A stretch of 64,000 nucleotides of DNA, from assembly GCA_964431605.1 (NCBI GenBank), contig CAYSLH010000001.1, forward strand, positions 22,719-86,718. Reading direction: 5' to 3'. The notes beneath the pieces were generated by a model, which was given only the letters and a program-made list of their open reading frames with translations, ran no database searches and was not told the origin of the DNA. Made by a program: the position numbers and the translations under genes. Positions 19,945 through 29,437 of this stretch are shown piece by piece. This stretch comes from an uncultured Myxococcales bacterium. GTDB taxonomy: Bacteria; Myxococcota; B64-G9. The first letter of the stretch is position 1, and each line of letters opens with the position of its first letter.

Positions 19945-21237
19945 TCATAAAAGATGCCTGGGGAGTTTCTTTGATTTTTTAGATTTTTCAACCTTCATAA
20001 CGGTCTGTTCAATATTGTTTGATATATCGGTTGATTCTACCATAAGCCATTTCCACAAAGGAACTATTTTTATTCCTGAACTGCTTCCTTGCTCATCCAT
20101 GGTCAACAACAAACCCTTTTTACATCCATACCTCGTCATTGCAGATTGCAACCTACTGATGTCTGCTTTTCCCTCTTTTACCTGGAGATCGATCATAAGA
20201 TATGCAATACCTCCGTCCCCCAATGCGAGGCCGAATCCTTTGTCAAAGCGCCAGGACCAAACCTGTTGTCCCATTCTTGAACAGTGATGATAAGTTGCTG
20301 TCAAAGCAAGGGAATAAAGGTTTTCCAGCTTTCCGTCGGCAAGTTGGGGCCATAACGCGACGGCAAGGCCCGTGTCAGACGCAAATACCAACCTGGCTGA
20401 CTGATTCGCGATCCTATTCGCATCTTCTAAGCGAGAGACCAGACTAACGAGTCCACTATCCACCAAATGATCTAAAAGCATCCTGGACTGATCCATGGAC
20501 CTGGAAATGGATCCCCTCATTCTTGCAGCAGAGACAGGTCGACCTGTGTTTTTCATTAGATAAACCGCCATAGCGGTCAATACCTTCGGTGCCCTGACTC
20601 CTTTCCTCAAGAGTACGTCTTTCAGTAAAGATGAATAAAATACCTCTATCAAGGCCTGTCTACGGCCCACAGCAAGCCTGGTGACAGGCAATCCCCCAGC
20701 TTTCAGATACTTGATGAGATAGTCACGACCCGATTCACTATCGACCTTCTTATCGGTGTAAATACTTATCCAGGAAGAGAGACTCATGGGTAAAAGCTCT
20801 TGCACGCCCAAATCCTTTATCGTTGGCCGTGCCTTGCCTGTAATACTAGCTATTGTAGTTATTCCACGCCTAATGCTCTTGAAAAGCACAGGCTCCCAAT
20901 TTTCTATTCGTTCCAGTCCATCCAGCAACAACAGCTTCGGACGTCTGTTCAATATCTCGTCCAGGTATTCATTCTTGTTTGGCAAATAGGACCATATGGG
21001 ATCTTCCAGGTCTAGAAAAATGATAGATTCTCTTGACGCTCCTCTGTGTAAATAATCCATGGCCAGGAGTCTGAGCAAGGTGGATTTTCCAGATGCCCTG
21101 CATCCTTTCACCAATAAACCTTTACTCTCTGAGAGTTTGCCAAGCGCATCCTGATTCTCTTTCCTGGGAAAAGGCCTCCCACCAGGAAACCGATCCCATC
21201 CATCCCAAAGGTGCAACAAAGAGTCCAACTTTTCCAT
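19945..21237 (-). CDS. AAA-family ATPase (AAA_14 + DUF4143 architecture)
   Basis: Walker A GCRASGKST, Walker B LLLLDGLE, about 430 aa, typical of stand-alone DUF4143 ATP-binding proteins. Confidence 0.65.
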   Translation of the reverse strand: MEKLDSLLHLWDGWDRFPGGRPFPRKENQDALGKLSESKGLLVKGCRASGKSTLLRLLAMDYLHRGASRESIIFLDLEDPIWSYLPNKNEYLDEILNRRPKLLLLDGLERIENWEPVLFKSIRRGITTIASITGKARPTIKDLGVQELLPMSLSSWISIYTDKKVDSESGRDYLIKYLKAGGLPVTRLAVGRRQALIEVFYSSLLKDVLLRKGVRAPKVLTAMAVYLMKNTGRPVSAARMRGSISRSMDQSRMLLDHLVDSGLVSLVSRLEDANRIANQSARLVFASDTGLAVALWPQLADGKLENLYSLALTATYHHCSRMGQQVWSWRFDKGFGLALGDGGIAYLMIDLQVKEGKADISRLQSAMTRYGCKKGLLLTMDEQGSSSGIKIVPLWKWLMVESTDISNNIEQTVMKVEKSKKSKKLPRHLL

Positions 21238-21310
21238 TTATCCTCCGATGTGTCGGTAGATAAACGTTAAAGCCGGAAAAGTTACCAGTCAAGGATTTCC
21301 TGCAGAATCC

Positions 21311-22216
21311 TTATGGAGCAGGATGTAACGGGTCTTGAAGAAGGGTAGCGAGTTTTTCCAGACCAATTATCAACCTTGGTCCTGGTCTGAACCACAAAGC
21401 GGAGTCAAACATGTAAACCCTGTGGTTTTTGACTGCTGGTATAACTTTCCATTTTTTCCAAAACTCCCGAACCAGTTCGGGATTCATGGATGCGCCCGTA
21501 CCAGAAGCAGATGCATCGATAATTACATCCGGAGCCAAATTTACCACCGTCTCCATGGGTACTGTTGGGTATCTTATCTTGGAAGATTCCAGAACATTCC
21601 TGGCTCCCGCCAACTCCATCATTTCGTGGGCAAAACTTCCGGAACCTGCACAAACCAGGGGCTTATGTCCATAGACCATCAAAACCCTTTTTCTCTTGTT
21701 TCCTGTAACAACTCGTGCCTGGACCCTTTTGATGCCTTCCTTCATCATTTTTATAATCTCGGCTGCTTTTTTTTCCTTGCCCAAGAGTTTACCAATGGTC
21801 TCCACAGAAATATAAACATCCGACAATCTGTAGGCTGGCAACACCAGCACTGCCACTCCCATACGGGACAGGGTCTCCATTGGGCCATGGTTGGATGCAT
21901 TTGGCACACACACCACCAGGTCCGGTTTCAATCCAAGGATCGTCTCCAGGCTCGGATCCAGGAATCCACCTGCTTTGGGAATCTTCTTTACCTCAGGGGG
22001 GTAATCATCATACCTCGTGACACCAACGATTTTTTTTCCCGCTCCCAGGGCAAAGATAATTTCCGTTAGATTTGGGGCAAGAGAAACAATCCTGGAGATT
22101 TCTCCGGCAGGACGTGCTTTGCCTATGAAGAAGGGTTTGGAATCAGGCTGTTGCGCTACCGCTGAGCCAGAGATCAACAGGACTACCAAATGTAACATAC
22201 AAATTATTGTTTTCAT
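21311..22216 (-). CDS. ABC transporter periplasmic substrate-binding protein (BtuF/FhuD-like, class III SBP)
   Basis: Signal peptide MKTIICMLHLVVLLISGSAVA, two-lobe PBP fold pattern (IVSLAPNLTEIIFALG). Belongs functionally with the ATPase (13.7 kb) and permease (15.5 kb). Confidence 0.75.
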   Translation of the reverse strand: MKTIICMLHLVVLLISGSAVAQQPDSKPFFIGKARPAGEISRIVSLAPNLTEIIFALGAGKKIVGVTRYDDYPPEVKKIPKAGGFLDPSLETILGLKPDLVVCVPNASNHGPMETLSRMGVAVLVLPAYRLSDVYISVETIGKLLGKEKKAAEIIKMMKEGIKRVQARVVTGNKRKRVLMVYGHKPLVCAGSGSFAHEMMELAGARNVLESSKIRYPTVPMETVVNLAPDVIIDASASGTGASMNPELVREFWKKWKVIPAVKNHRVYMFDSALWFRPGPRLIIGLEKLATLLQDPLHPAP

Positions 22217-22259
22217 GTGTTCCTCGTTACCAATAGTGCAACAGTTCGGCCTCAAACCA

Positions 22260-22305
22260 CAAGGGGCAAGATCATATTTTCGATCTTGCCCCTTGGTAAT
22301 CTCTT
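22260..22305. terminator. Strong hairpin (14 bp perfect stem CAAGGGGCAAGATC/GATCTTGCCCCTTG, 8 nt loop) flanked by T-rich sequence; likely terminator of comEA
   Basis: Seen directly at 22260-22295, followed by TCTTTATTATTT on the plus strand. Lies between the comEA stop and the SBP gene start. Confidence 0.5.
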
Positions 22306-22327
22306 TATTATTTACGACAATCAGCTT

Positions 22328-22666
22328 TTACTTCTTGGGATGTCTGCGTTTCGTTCTTTTTGGCGGCCGAAGGGTCGTCTCACCCTCGATGCTCAATTGT
22401 GAACGAAGTTTGTTGACCAGCTTCTTGCCTATGCCCTTGACCTTGGTGAGTTCATCAACAGATCTGAAAGGCGTATTGTTTCGAAACTCGATGATGGCTT
22501 GGGCCTTCATCGCCCCAATGCCATTTAGATACTGAAGTTGCTTGGCGCTGGCAGCATTGATATTCACTACCCCTGAAGAAGAAGCTGCAAAGGCTGTCTG
22601 ACTCATGAGCCCCAAGGTCGCCACAACCAATGCCATGGTTAACAAATTGATCAAATTTCTTTTCAT
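22328..22666 (-). CDS. comEA: ComEA-like helix-hairpin-helix DNA-binding protein
   Basis: Signal peptide, then tandem HhH motifs (NINAASAKQLQYLNGIGAMKAQAII ... VDELTKVKGIGKKLVNKL). Confidence 0.75.
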   Translation of the reverse strand: MKRNLINLLTMALVVATLGLMSQTAFAASSSGVVNINAASAKQLQYLNGIGAMKAQAIIEFRNNTPFRSVDELTKVKGIGKKLVNKLRSQLSIEGETTLRPPKRTKRRHPKK

Positions 22667-22707
22667 TTTCTTTCTCCTTTTGCTTTCTTGTCAGTTGTCA
22701 AGATCCT

Positions 22708-22899
22708 TCATGAATCACCATCAGCCTGCTTTTGCCTCGACCTGATATGCAACCTGCCATTGACAGGTAAGGCATCGAGAAAGACGTTCAACGAACCATC
22801 CCTGTTGGTAAAACATGCCCCAACCTTGATCCAGAAACTCTTGTCGAATCCTTCCTTCTCTATGATGGTATACACCTCCATCATTCCAGAACCAGCCAC
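22708..22899 (-). CDS. Small hypothetical protein (about 63 aa), weak DUF736-like resemblance
   Basis: GGAAGGGAGG RBS followed by GTG. Motif VGACFTNRDGSLNVFLDALP resembles the GAAW..RD..LSVKLDDP core of DUF736. Weak call. Confidence 0.3.
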   Translation of the reverse strand: MAGSGMMEVYTIIEKEGFDKSFWIKVGACFTNRDGSLNVFLDALPVNGRLHIRSRQKQADGDS

Positions 22900-23145
22900 G
22901 ACACACCTCCCTTCCTTTTTTTCCAATCCCAATGTTTTCTTCTTCGAGCGCTCGCACCGAAATTATATGCAACCATTGTGCCACAGTGTAAGACAATGTG
23001 CCGAAGCGGAAGGGGGCCCAATAATAGGCTTTATATTCTGGTTGGTTACAAGGTGGGTTTGACCTGGCTATTAAAAATCAAGAAACCTCCGAGTGTACAA
23101 GATCACTACATCATGTGTACGAATTTCGGACACGGATAAAACTTG

Positions 23146-23451
23146 TTAGTGAATCATGGCGTCATGGGGTTCGGGACCGGAGATATCAATTTCGCCAAAA
23201 TTTCTTTCGTACCTTGCGACATTGTCAGTCAAAGCCTTGAGCAGTCTCTTGGTGTGCTTAGGACTCGAGATAATCCTGGCTCGGACCTTTGCCTTGGGTT
23301 GCTGTGGTTGGACGTAGATAAAATCCAGTATGAACTCCGTCTCGGTATGATTTACCATGGCCAGGTTCACATAAGCACCTTGGGCTACCTCTTCGTCCAG
23401 TTGGATTTGAAGGTTCACACTCTTGGAATCCGATTTTTCTTTTTCGGGCAT
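23146..23451 (-). CDS. DUF3467 family protein
   Basis: LQIQLDEEVAQGAYVNLAMVNHTETEFILDFIYV matches the DUF3467 core. Start at the internal ATG preceded by a GAGGAGGG RBS. Confidence 0.6.
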   Translation of the reverse strand: MPEKEKSDSKSVNLQIQLDEEVAQGAYVNLAMVNHTETEFILDFIYVQPQQPKAKVRARIISSPKHTKRLLKALTDNVARYERNFGEIDISGPEPHDAMIH

Positions 23452-23632
23452 GGTGCCCTCCTCTTGTCGATAGTTTTCAACACATTGGTGCTGAATGGGG
23501 CAATCGTCAATAGGGATCTTATTGGTTTTGACTTTTAGACAAACTCTTGGGTACATTGTATCGCGTAAGATGTTATCCAATAACAACTATTACTTCATCG
23601 GGTTCAAGTGACCCGTCACGTAGGTGAGGGCT

Positions 23633-26600
23633 ATGCCAATAAAAGCCCGGGAAATTCAAAAACTCCGTAAGCGCCTTCAAAAAAAACCTTCTGACGAAGA
23701 AGCGTTTGTTCGCCTCTGGGATCATTTTGTGGCTTGCGAGGACTGGAGCGCCGCTGCAAACTTGTTGTCATCTCGGGCTGATTCCCTTCAAAAGCCAAAA
23801 GATCGGATCCGAGCACTTCTGAAGCTGGCGAACCTGATGGATGAAAAGCTTGGTGACGTAAAAGGTGCTGCAGATGTTTACCATAAAGTACTGAATCTCG
23901 ATCCGGAAAACCGACGTGCCCTGTGGGCTCTTGGAGTCTTGTACCATGACCTGGAAGATTGGGAAAAGGTCATAGAAATTTTTCTCCTTAGAATCAATAT
24001 CGCCCAGAGCCTTGAAGAAAAACTCTCCCTGCGTTCTCAACTAGCGGCAATTTACGAACAGAGACTTCAGCAAGAAGACCGGGCTCTGATGGAATACATA
24101 AGGGCAGCCCGCCTGGCTCCACAGAACGTACGCATACTGCTGAACATGGAAAAGCTGGCAACCAGAACGGATTCTTTTCGTGAGCTATTAGCTGTTTACG
24201 AAGACGTGCTGGAACGCATCGAACGAATAGAATTAAGGGTGGCATTGTATCTTAAGCTCGCCCGTCTGTATACCCTTCACCTGGACGATGAAAAAACCGC
24301 AGAAGGCTATTATAAGCGGGCACTGGAATTGTCCACTGGTAACCCAAAAATACTCTTTTCCATTTCCAACATTTACGGTGAAGAAGAAGAGTGGGAAGAA
24401 CTCATAGCAACCTACACTCAACTCATCAAGTTTGCCGAGTCTTCAAATGTCAAGTCTTGGTTGAGAAGAGAGGTAGCGCGTCTATACCACGAAGGTCTAG
24501 ACGATCCCGGCGCTGCGTTTTACGAACTCGTTCGAGTCGCTCGGTATGATCCTTCTGAAAAGGGCCTGGTACAGGATCTCATCTCCCTGGGGGTCTGTGC
24601 TGACAAACATCTTGAACTGGCAGCAGTTCTGGAAGACATCGGTCCACGCCTGGACTCAAAAGAAGATCAGCTCGAACTCTACACTCGTCTTGCTGAAATT
24701 CATCTGAAAGAGCTTCAGAACGCAGAACATGCACAAGGCGTGATTTCGAAAGCCTTAGAGGTTGATCCAGGTTATCTCCCGGCCATGTTGATAAAATTCG
24801 ACCTCTTAGAGACAGCCAGGGACTATGAAGGACTGGCCAAAGCCATCGAATCCATTTTGACGAGACAAGATCTTTCGGACGATATCGCAAAACAACTGCG
24901 TAGAAGATTGGCTCAGATATATGAAGAAAAGCTTGGCGATAGAGAACGGGCAGTAGAACTCTATCGTGAAAACATGCGGGAACAAAATCAGCAGGACAAG
25001 GGAAGCTCTCGGGAAGAGCTACTGGAAGAACTTCACAGGCGCCAAGGTACTTACGATGAGCTAATAAAGATCCTTCAAAAACGATGCGATGAAACAGACG
25101 ATCCGGAAACTCTTGCAAAGTCCGGACTCGAAATATGCGAAATCTACGAAAAACGCATGGATCAACCCCAAGAGGCCTTTGTGTCCATAGCCAACATCAT
25201 CCGCAGGGCACCGACAAATGAATCGCTCCAGGAGGAATTCTTTAGACTTGGCAGGGAATTAGGCCTGACTGAAAAACTCCGGGAAATCACAGAGGAGATT
25301 TGTCCAACTCTCCCACCTGAGCAAGCTACCGGCTTCTATATTAAAACAGCCCTCTGCCTTGAATCTGGAGGAGATCCCGATGGAGCAATCGTATTCTACG
25401 AAAAGGCCCTTTCTGCCGATCCCCTCCAACCAGTTGCATACCAAAAGCTTAGAACCAGAGCGCTAAACCATTTCATGTGGCAACGAGTCGTGGAACTCGA
25501 TCTCAACCTGGCTCTTCATCTCGATGATCCAAGAGAAAAAACAGAACTTCTTCTTACTGCAGGAGAGCTCATCGAAGAACAACTCGATGATGCAACTTGG
25601 GCCAAGGGCATATATGAGCGTGCTCTTAAAGTGAGCCCAGACAACATGGCTGCGCAAAAGGCTCTCATCAGGGTTTCAAAAAACTCCGATCAAATTTCCA
25701 CACCTCTCCATGAATCCCCTGATGATTCCCCGAAAGAAGAAATAGTCGAAACAGACATTACCGATGAAGACATAGCTGACGTGGTTGCTCCAGCTCTCGT
25801 CGAAGAGCACATGCCAGAAGATGAAACTGATGATACCACGGATGTCATCAGGATTAGAAAAACCGCTCCTGGACTGCATGATGAAGTCACTCTTGTGACA
25901 ACTCCTCCAAAAGCACCTGAACCTTTTTCTTCTTCCGAAGACAAGGAACCCACCCTCATTCAACCTCCACCAATGGCTCCAAAAGAGTCTTTGCCCTTTG
26001 ACAGCGATGACCAAATTACAAAAGAACAAGAGCCTGATGAAGAAATCGACCATTCTCCGATGGAGGAAGAACTTACCAAGCCATCTGCTTCCCTGGATCC
26101 CATCGTGGCCATCGGCGATTCGTTAAAAAAGAATCCCGATGACCTTGAAGGATGGGAAAAGCTTGCCTCTGAGATAGCTGAAAAACAGGGTGTGGTTTCA
26201 GCGTTCGATCTGTTGCTGGATGGTTGTGGGAGTGTAAAAGACGATAAGGTACTTGGAGGTCTGCTCAGGCGTTTGTCCATGATGGCTGATACCAACGCGC
26301 TCAGACTAAAGCTGGCTCACCTGCTGGAAGAACTCGAAAAAATCGATGACGCCGAGACTCTGTATCGTACCGTCATTCGCACCGAACCGGCAAACAAAGA
26401 CGCTTTGGATCGTCTGAAAGCCATGTATGAAAACAGGGGCTCTCTGGATCGCTACGACGCAATACTCACACGGACTCTCAATGGAACCGTTTCTGCTTCT
26501 GACAGGCGATCTCTTTTGATGATTAGAGCACGGATCAGAGCTGAAGAGTTGGATCGACCAAACGACGCCATTGAAGATCTAAGCCTCTTACTGTCCAGCG

Positions 26601-29431
26601 ATGATTCGGACATGGAAGCTCTTTTGCTTCTCGAAAAAATTCTCGAGACCAACGCACGATATGAAGAGCTCGTCCATACTTACGAAAAGCATCTTCCATA
26701 CTGTTTGACCGGGCAACAACGGGTAGACCTTATGTGCGCCATGGCCATAATCTATGAAAATCATTTGGCTGACGCAGATCGCGCGATTTCCCTCTATCGT
26801 ACTGCCATTGAAGAAGACCCCTGCCACTATTCCGCCCGTGATTCTCTGGTAAACCTCCTGGAAAAAAAGCGGGATTGGCTCGGTGCCGTAGATATACTAC
26901 GCGATGCCGCACAGACGATCGAGGATGAGGAAATTCTCTGCAGAATATACCTCAAGACCGGCTCTTTGCTCGAGCAACAACTACTCAGACCGGAAGAAGC
27001 GGAACAAGCTTATCGTTTAGCGGCATATGCTGACTACCCATGTCCTGAAGCCATTAGAAAATTGCTTAACCTGGTGAGGCGTTCTGAGCAATGGACTGAG
27101 TTCATTCAATTGAGCAAACGCCTCGTTCAAATCACCGATGACCTCAAGGAAAAAGCAAGGCTCTTGGTGGACATGGCAAATGTATGGCAAGATAAACTCG
27201 ATAACCAAAAAGCTGCCACACAGTGCTTTGAACAAGCCTACGAGTGTAATCCCGACAACATTGAAGCAGCCAGGCGGGTTGCGAGTCACAAGCTCAAGAC
27301 CCATAAACACGAAGAAGCTCACGAGCTGTTGTCGCACCTTACCCAACTTGGATCGCAAGAAGGGCTGGACAATAACGAATTGGCTTTACTTCAGCTAAAG
27401 CTGGCCCAAACCGCTGATGCTCTCGATAGACAACAAGAGGCTCATACTGCTTTTGAAAAAGCTCTACACCTGGATCCTCAGAACATTCAGATCAAAACCC
27501 TTTATGGTCATTTCCTGGCAAGACATGAAAAATGGAAAGAGGCTACAAGGATTTTTTTGGACTTACTCGAAAAAGACCAAAACAACATTACTGCTGAACA
27601 AGCTGCTGACTTCAGATGTATCATTGCTCAGGGATATGATAAACAGGGAGACCAACCTCTTTCGCTTGAACAATACAAACTTGCCTTGGTTGCCAACCCC
27701 TTGCACCTACCAGCCCTCAGGGCTTGTATCGATCTATCGTTTCAGTTGGGACGAATCAGAGATGCCGTGGAATACCTCAAGAAGCTCCGCACGACCCTTC
27801 CCTCCCAGGCGAGCAGAATGAAAATATCGGTGCAGATTGGAGATATCCTTGCTGAACGTCTTCATGACCACGAACAGGCTGTCAACTCATTCGAACAAGC
27901 CGTGGAAATCGAACCAAACAACATCGAGGTCCTCGAAAAACTGCGTCGTGCACTAGTTCGTTCCGAAAGGTTCAAAAGAGCGGCTCAGGTTCTCGTTCAC
28001 CTCGCGCATCTGGCCAATGATAACAGACAACAGGCAAGGTACCTTCGTATTGCTGGAGACATCTACCGGGAACGCATCGATGATGAAGACAAGGCTTTGA
28101 CCATGTACCTGAAAGCGTTCGATGTAGCTCCCTTAGACGCCAAAGCCCACGGTTCAGCAGTGAAGATTCTTTCAAGAAAACGTGATTGGAATAAGTTGGC
28201 CTCTCTATATGAGGAGCTGTTGCGACGCCTTCCTCCCCCCATTTCCGGCAAAGAAGATAAAAGAATCTCAGTTCTCTCGGAGTTGGTGGAGTTGTATCGA
28301 TACAAGCTGGAAAACAACGAAAAAGCCATTTCCGCTTGTGTCAACCTTCTTTCCATCGATCCATCTCAACTGAAAATACGAGAAGATCTGGCCAGACTTT
28401 ATGAAAAGGAGGGGCATCTCGATGACGCGATAAAAATGCATCGTAGCTTGATTGAAAACAGTCCCTTTTCGGTGGACTCATACCACGCTTTACGTCGCAT
28501 TTACGAACTCAAGGGTATGGCTGACAAAAGTCTATGCATCTGCTCTACCCTGTCTTTTCTGGACGAGGCAGATGAAGACGAAATCCAGACGATAAGGGAT
28601 AATAGGCATGCGTTAGCCATTCCAAACGGTCGGGTGCTGACAGAGTTGCAATATAGTCGAATACTATTACACCCTGCATCAGGAGGCGCACTTGGCGAGT
28701 TGCTGTCTTTTGCAGCAGATTTCGTGCGCCATCTGTTTGTGGTTCCTCACAAGGAATTCAAACTCCGTCCAAAAAATCGTCTCGATTTGGAAAAACCCAA
28801 GTCAAAGACTGCTGAAATCTTCCGTGATGCCATTGAATTCCTTGATCTTCCACCACCCGAAATTTATACCAAGTCATCGGCAATCAAAGGAATCTTAGCC
28901 GTAAACACTTCCCCTGTCTCCGTACTTTATTCCGAAGAGGCAGTGAGAAGAGCATCCATACCTGAACTGAAATTCATGATCGCACGAGCCATGGTCTTTA
29001 CCAGACCTGAGAATCTCCTTGCAGCCAGTCTCTCGGCCGGGCAATTGCGAACCCTGCTCGAAGCACTGGTTGAAGTTGCGTTTCCAGGAGAAAATCTTCA
29101 AAGTCAAGTGCCTGAAATACTCGACCTGGCAGACAGACTACGTAAGGTGGTTCCAGCCAACAAGCAACAAAGACTCAAACAGCTAACTGGGTCTTTTCGT
29201 GAACAGCAAGAAGAGTTCTCCATTCGCGATTGGCTGGAAGGAGTGGAACACACTTCTAACAGGGCTGGATTTGCTTTTTGTGGCGATCTCGAAGCAGCTG
29301 TTCAGATTCTCAAAGCAGCAAGGGTATTCAGCCCGTCCGGATCCCACAGAGCATTGATAAGAGAACTGATATTCTATTCCATTTCAGACGAATATTTCAC
29401 CCTCCGAAAAGAACTAAAAGCCTCTATTTGA
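23633..29431 (+). CDS. Giant (about 1930 aa) tetratricopeptide-repeat protein with central acidic/Pro-rich linker and non-TPR C-terminal domain
   Basis: Dozens of TPR-like 34 aa units (xxYxxALxxDPxN...). Low-complexity D/E/P-rich stretch at roughly aa 685-830. GAGGG RBS before the ATG at 23633 (the track ORF begins at GTG 23624). Confidence 0.8.
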   Translation: MPIKAREIQKLRKRLQKKPSDEEAFVRLWDHFVACEDWSAAANLLSSRADSLQKPKDRIRALLKLANLMDEKLGDVKGAADVYHKVLNLDPENRRALWALGVLYHDLEDWEKVIEIFLLRINIAQSLEEKLSLRSQLAAIYEQRLQQEDRALMEYIRAARLAPQNVRILLNMEKLATRTDSFRELLAVYEDVLERIERIELRVALYLKLARLYTLHLDDEKTAEGYYKRALELSTGNPKILFSISNIYGEEEEWEELIATYTQLIKFAESSNVKSWLRREVARLYHEGLDDPGAAFYELVRVARYDPSEKGLVQDLISLGVCADKHLELAAVLEDIGPRLDSKEDQLELYTRLAEIHLKELQNAEHAQGVISKALEVDPGYLPAMLIKFDLLETARDYEGLAKAIESILTRQDLSDDIAKQLRRRLAQIYEEKLGDRERAVELYRENMREQNQQDKGSSREELLEELHRRQGTYDELIKILQKRCDETDDPETLAKSGLEICEIYEKRMDQPQEAFVSIANIIRRAPTNESLQEEFFRLGRELGLTEKLREITEEICPTLPPEQATGFYIKTALCLESGGDPDGAIVFYEKALSADPLQPVAYQKLRTRALNHFMWQRVVELDLNLALHLDDPREKTELLLTAGELIEEQLDDATWAKGIYERALKVSPDNMAAQKALIRVSKNSDQISTPLHESPDDSPKEEIVETDITDEDIADVVAPALVEEHMPEDETDDTTDVIRIRKTAPGLHDEVTLVTTPPKAPEPFSSSEDKEPTLIQPPPMAPKESLPFDSDDQITKEQEPDEEIDHSPMEEELTKPSASLDPIVAIGDSLKKNPDDLEGWEKLASEIAEKQGVVSAFDLLLDGCGSVKDDKVLGGLLRRLSMMADTNALRLKLAHLLEELEKIDDAETLYRTVIRTEPANKDALDRLKAMYENRGSLDRYDAILTRTLNGTVSASDRRSLLMIRARIRAEELDRPNDAIEDLSLLLSSDDSDMEALLLLEKILETNARYEELVHTYEKHLPYCLTGQQRVDLMCAMAIIYENHLADADRAISLYRTAIEEDPCHYSARDSLVNLLEKKRDWLGAVDILRDAAQTIEDEEILCRIYLKTGSLLEQQLLRPEEAEQAYRLAAYADYPCPEAIRKLLNLVRRSEQWTEFIQLSKRLVQITDDLKEKARLLVDMANVWQDKLDNQKAATQCFEQAYECNPDNIEAARRVASHKLKTHKHEEAHELLSHLTQLGSQEGLDNNELALLQLKLAQTADALDRQQEAHTAFEKALHLDPQNIQIKTLYGHFLARHEKWKEATRIFLDLLEKDQNNITAEQAADFRCIIAQGYDKQGDQPLSLEQYKLALVANPLHLPALRACIDLSFQLGRIRDAVEYLKKLRTTLPSQASRMKISVQIGDILAERLHDHEQAVNSFEQAVEIEPNNIEVLEKLRRALVRSERFKRAAQVLVHLAHLANDNRQQARYLRIAGDIYRERIDDEDKALTMYLKAFDVAPLDAKAHGSAVKILSRKRDWNKLASLYEELLRRLPPPISGKEDKRISVLSELVELYRYKLENNEKAISACVNLLSIDPSQLKIREDLARLYEKEGHLDDAIKMHRSLIENSPFSVDSYHALRRIYELKGMADKSLCICSTLSFLDEADEDEIQTIRDNRHALAIPNGRVLTELQYSRILLHPASGGALGELLSFAADFVRHLFVVPHKEFKLRPKNRLDLEKPKSKTAEIFRDAIEFLDLPPPEIYTKSSAIKGILAVNTSPVSVLYSEEAVRRASIPELKFMIARAMVFTRPENLLAASLSAGQLRTLLEALVEVAFPGENLQSQVPEILDLADRLRKVVPANKQQRLKQLTGSFREQQEEFSIRDWLEGVEHTSNRAGFAFCGDLEAAVQILKAARVFSPSGSHRALIRELIFYSISDEYFTLRKELKASI

Positions 29432-29437
29432 AAACAA

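Noticed and set aside
22217-22327. Possible cobalamin riboswitch upstream of the BtuF-like SBP gene
   Set aside because: Only about 110 bp is available and it is dominated by one simple hairpin. This is too short for a B12 riboswitch (about 200 nt with multiple conserved stems).
22688-23062. 124 aa plus-strand ORF in the comEA-DUF3467 gap
   Set aside because: The translation is hydrophobic and irregular with no motifs. A competing minus-strand small ORF has a better RBS.
24579-26295. Minus-strand ORFs inside the TPR giant (24579-25118, 25676-26053, 25960-26295)
   Set aside because: They are antisense to a continuous 5.8 kb TPR reading frame. There are no motifs or RBS, and the composition is driven by the purine-rich sense strand.
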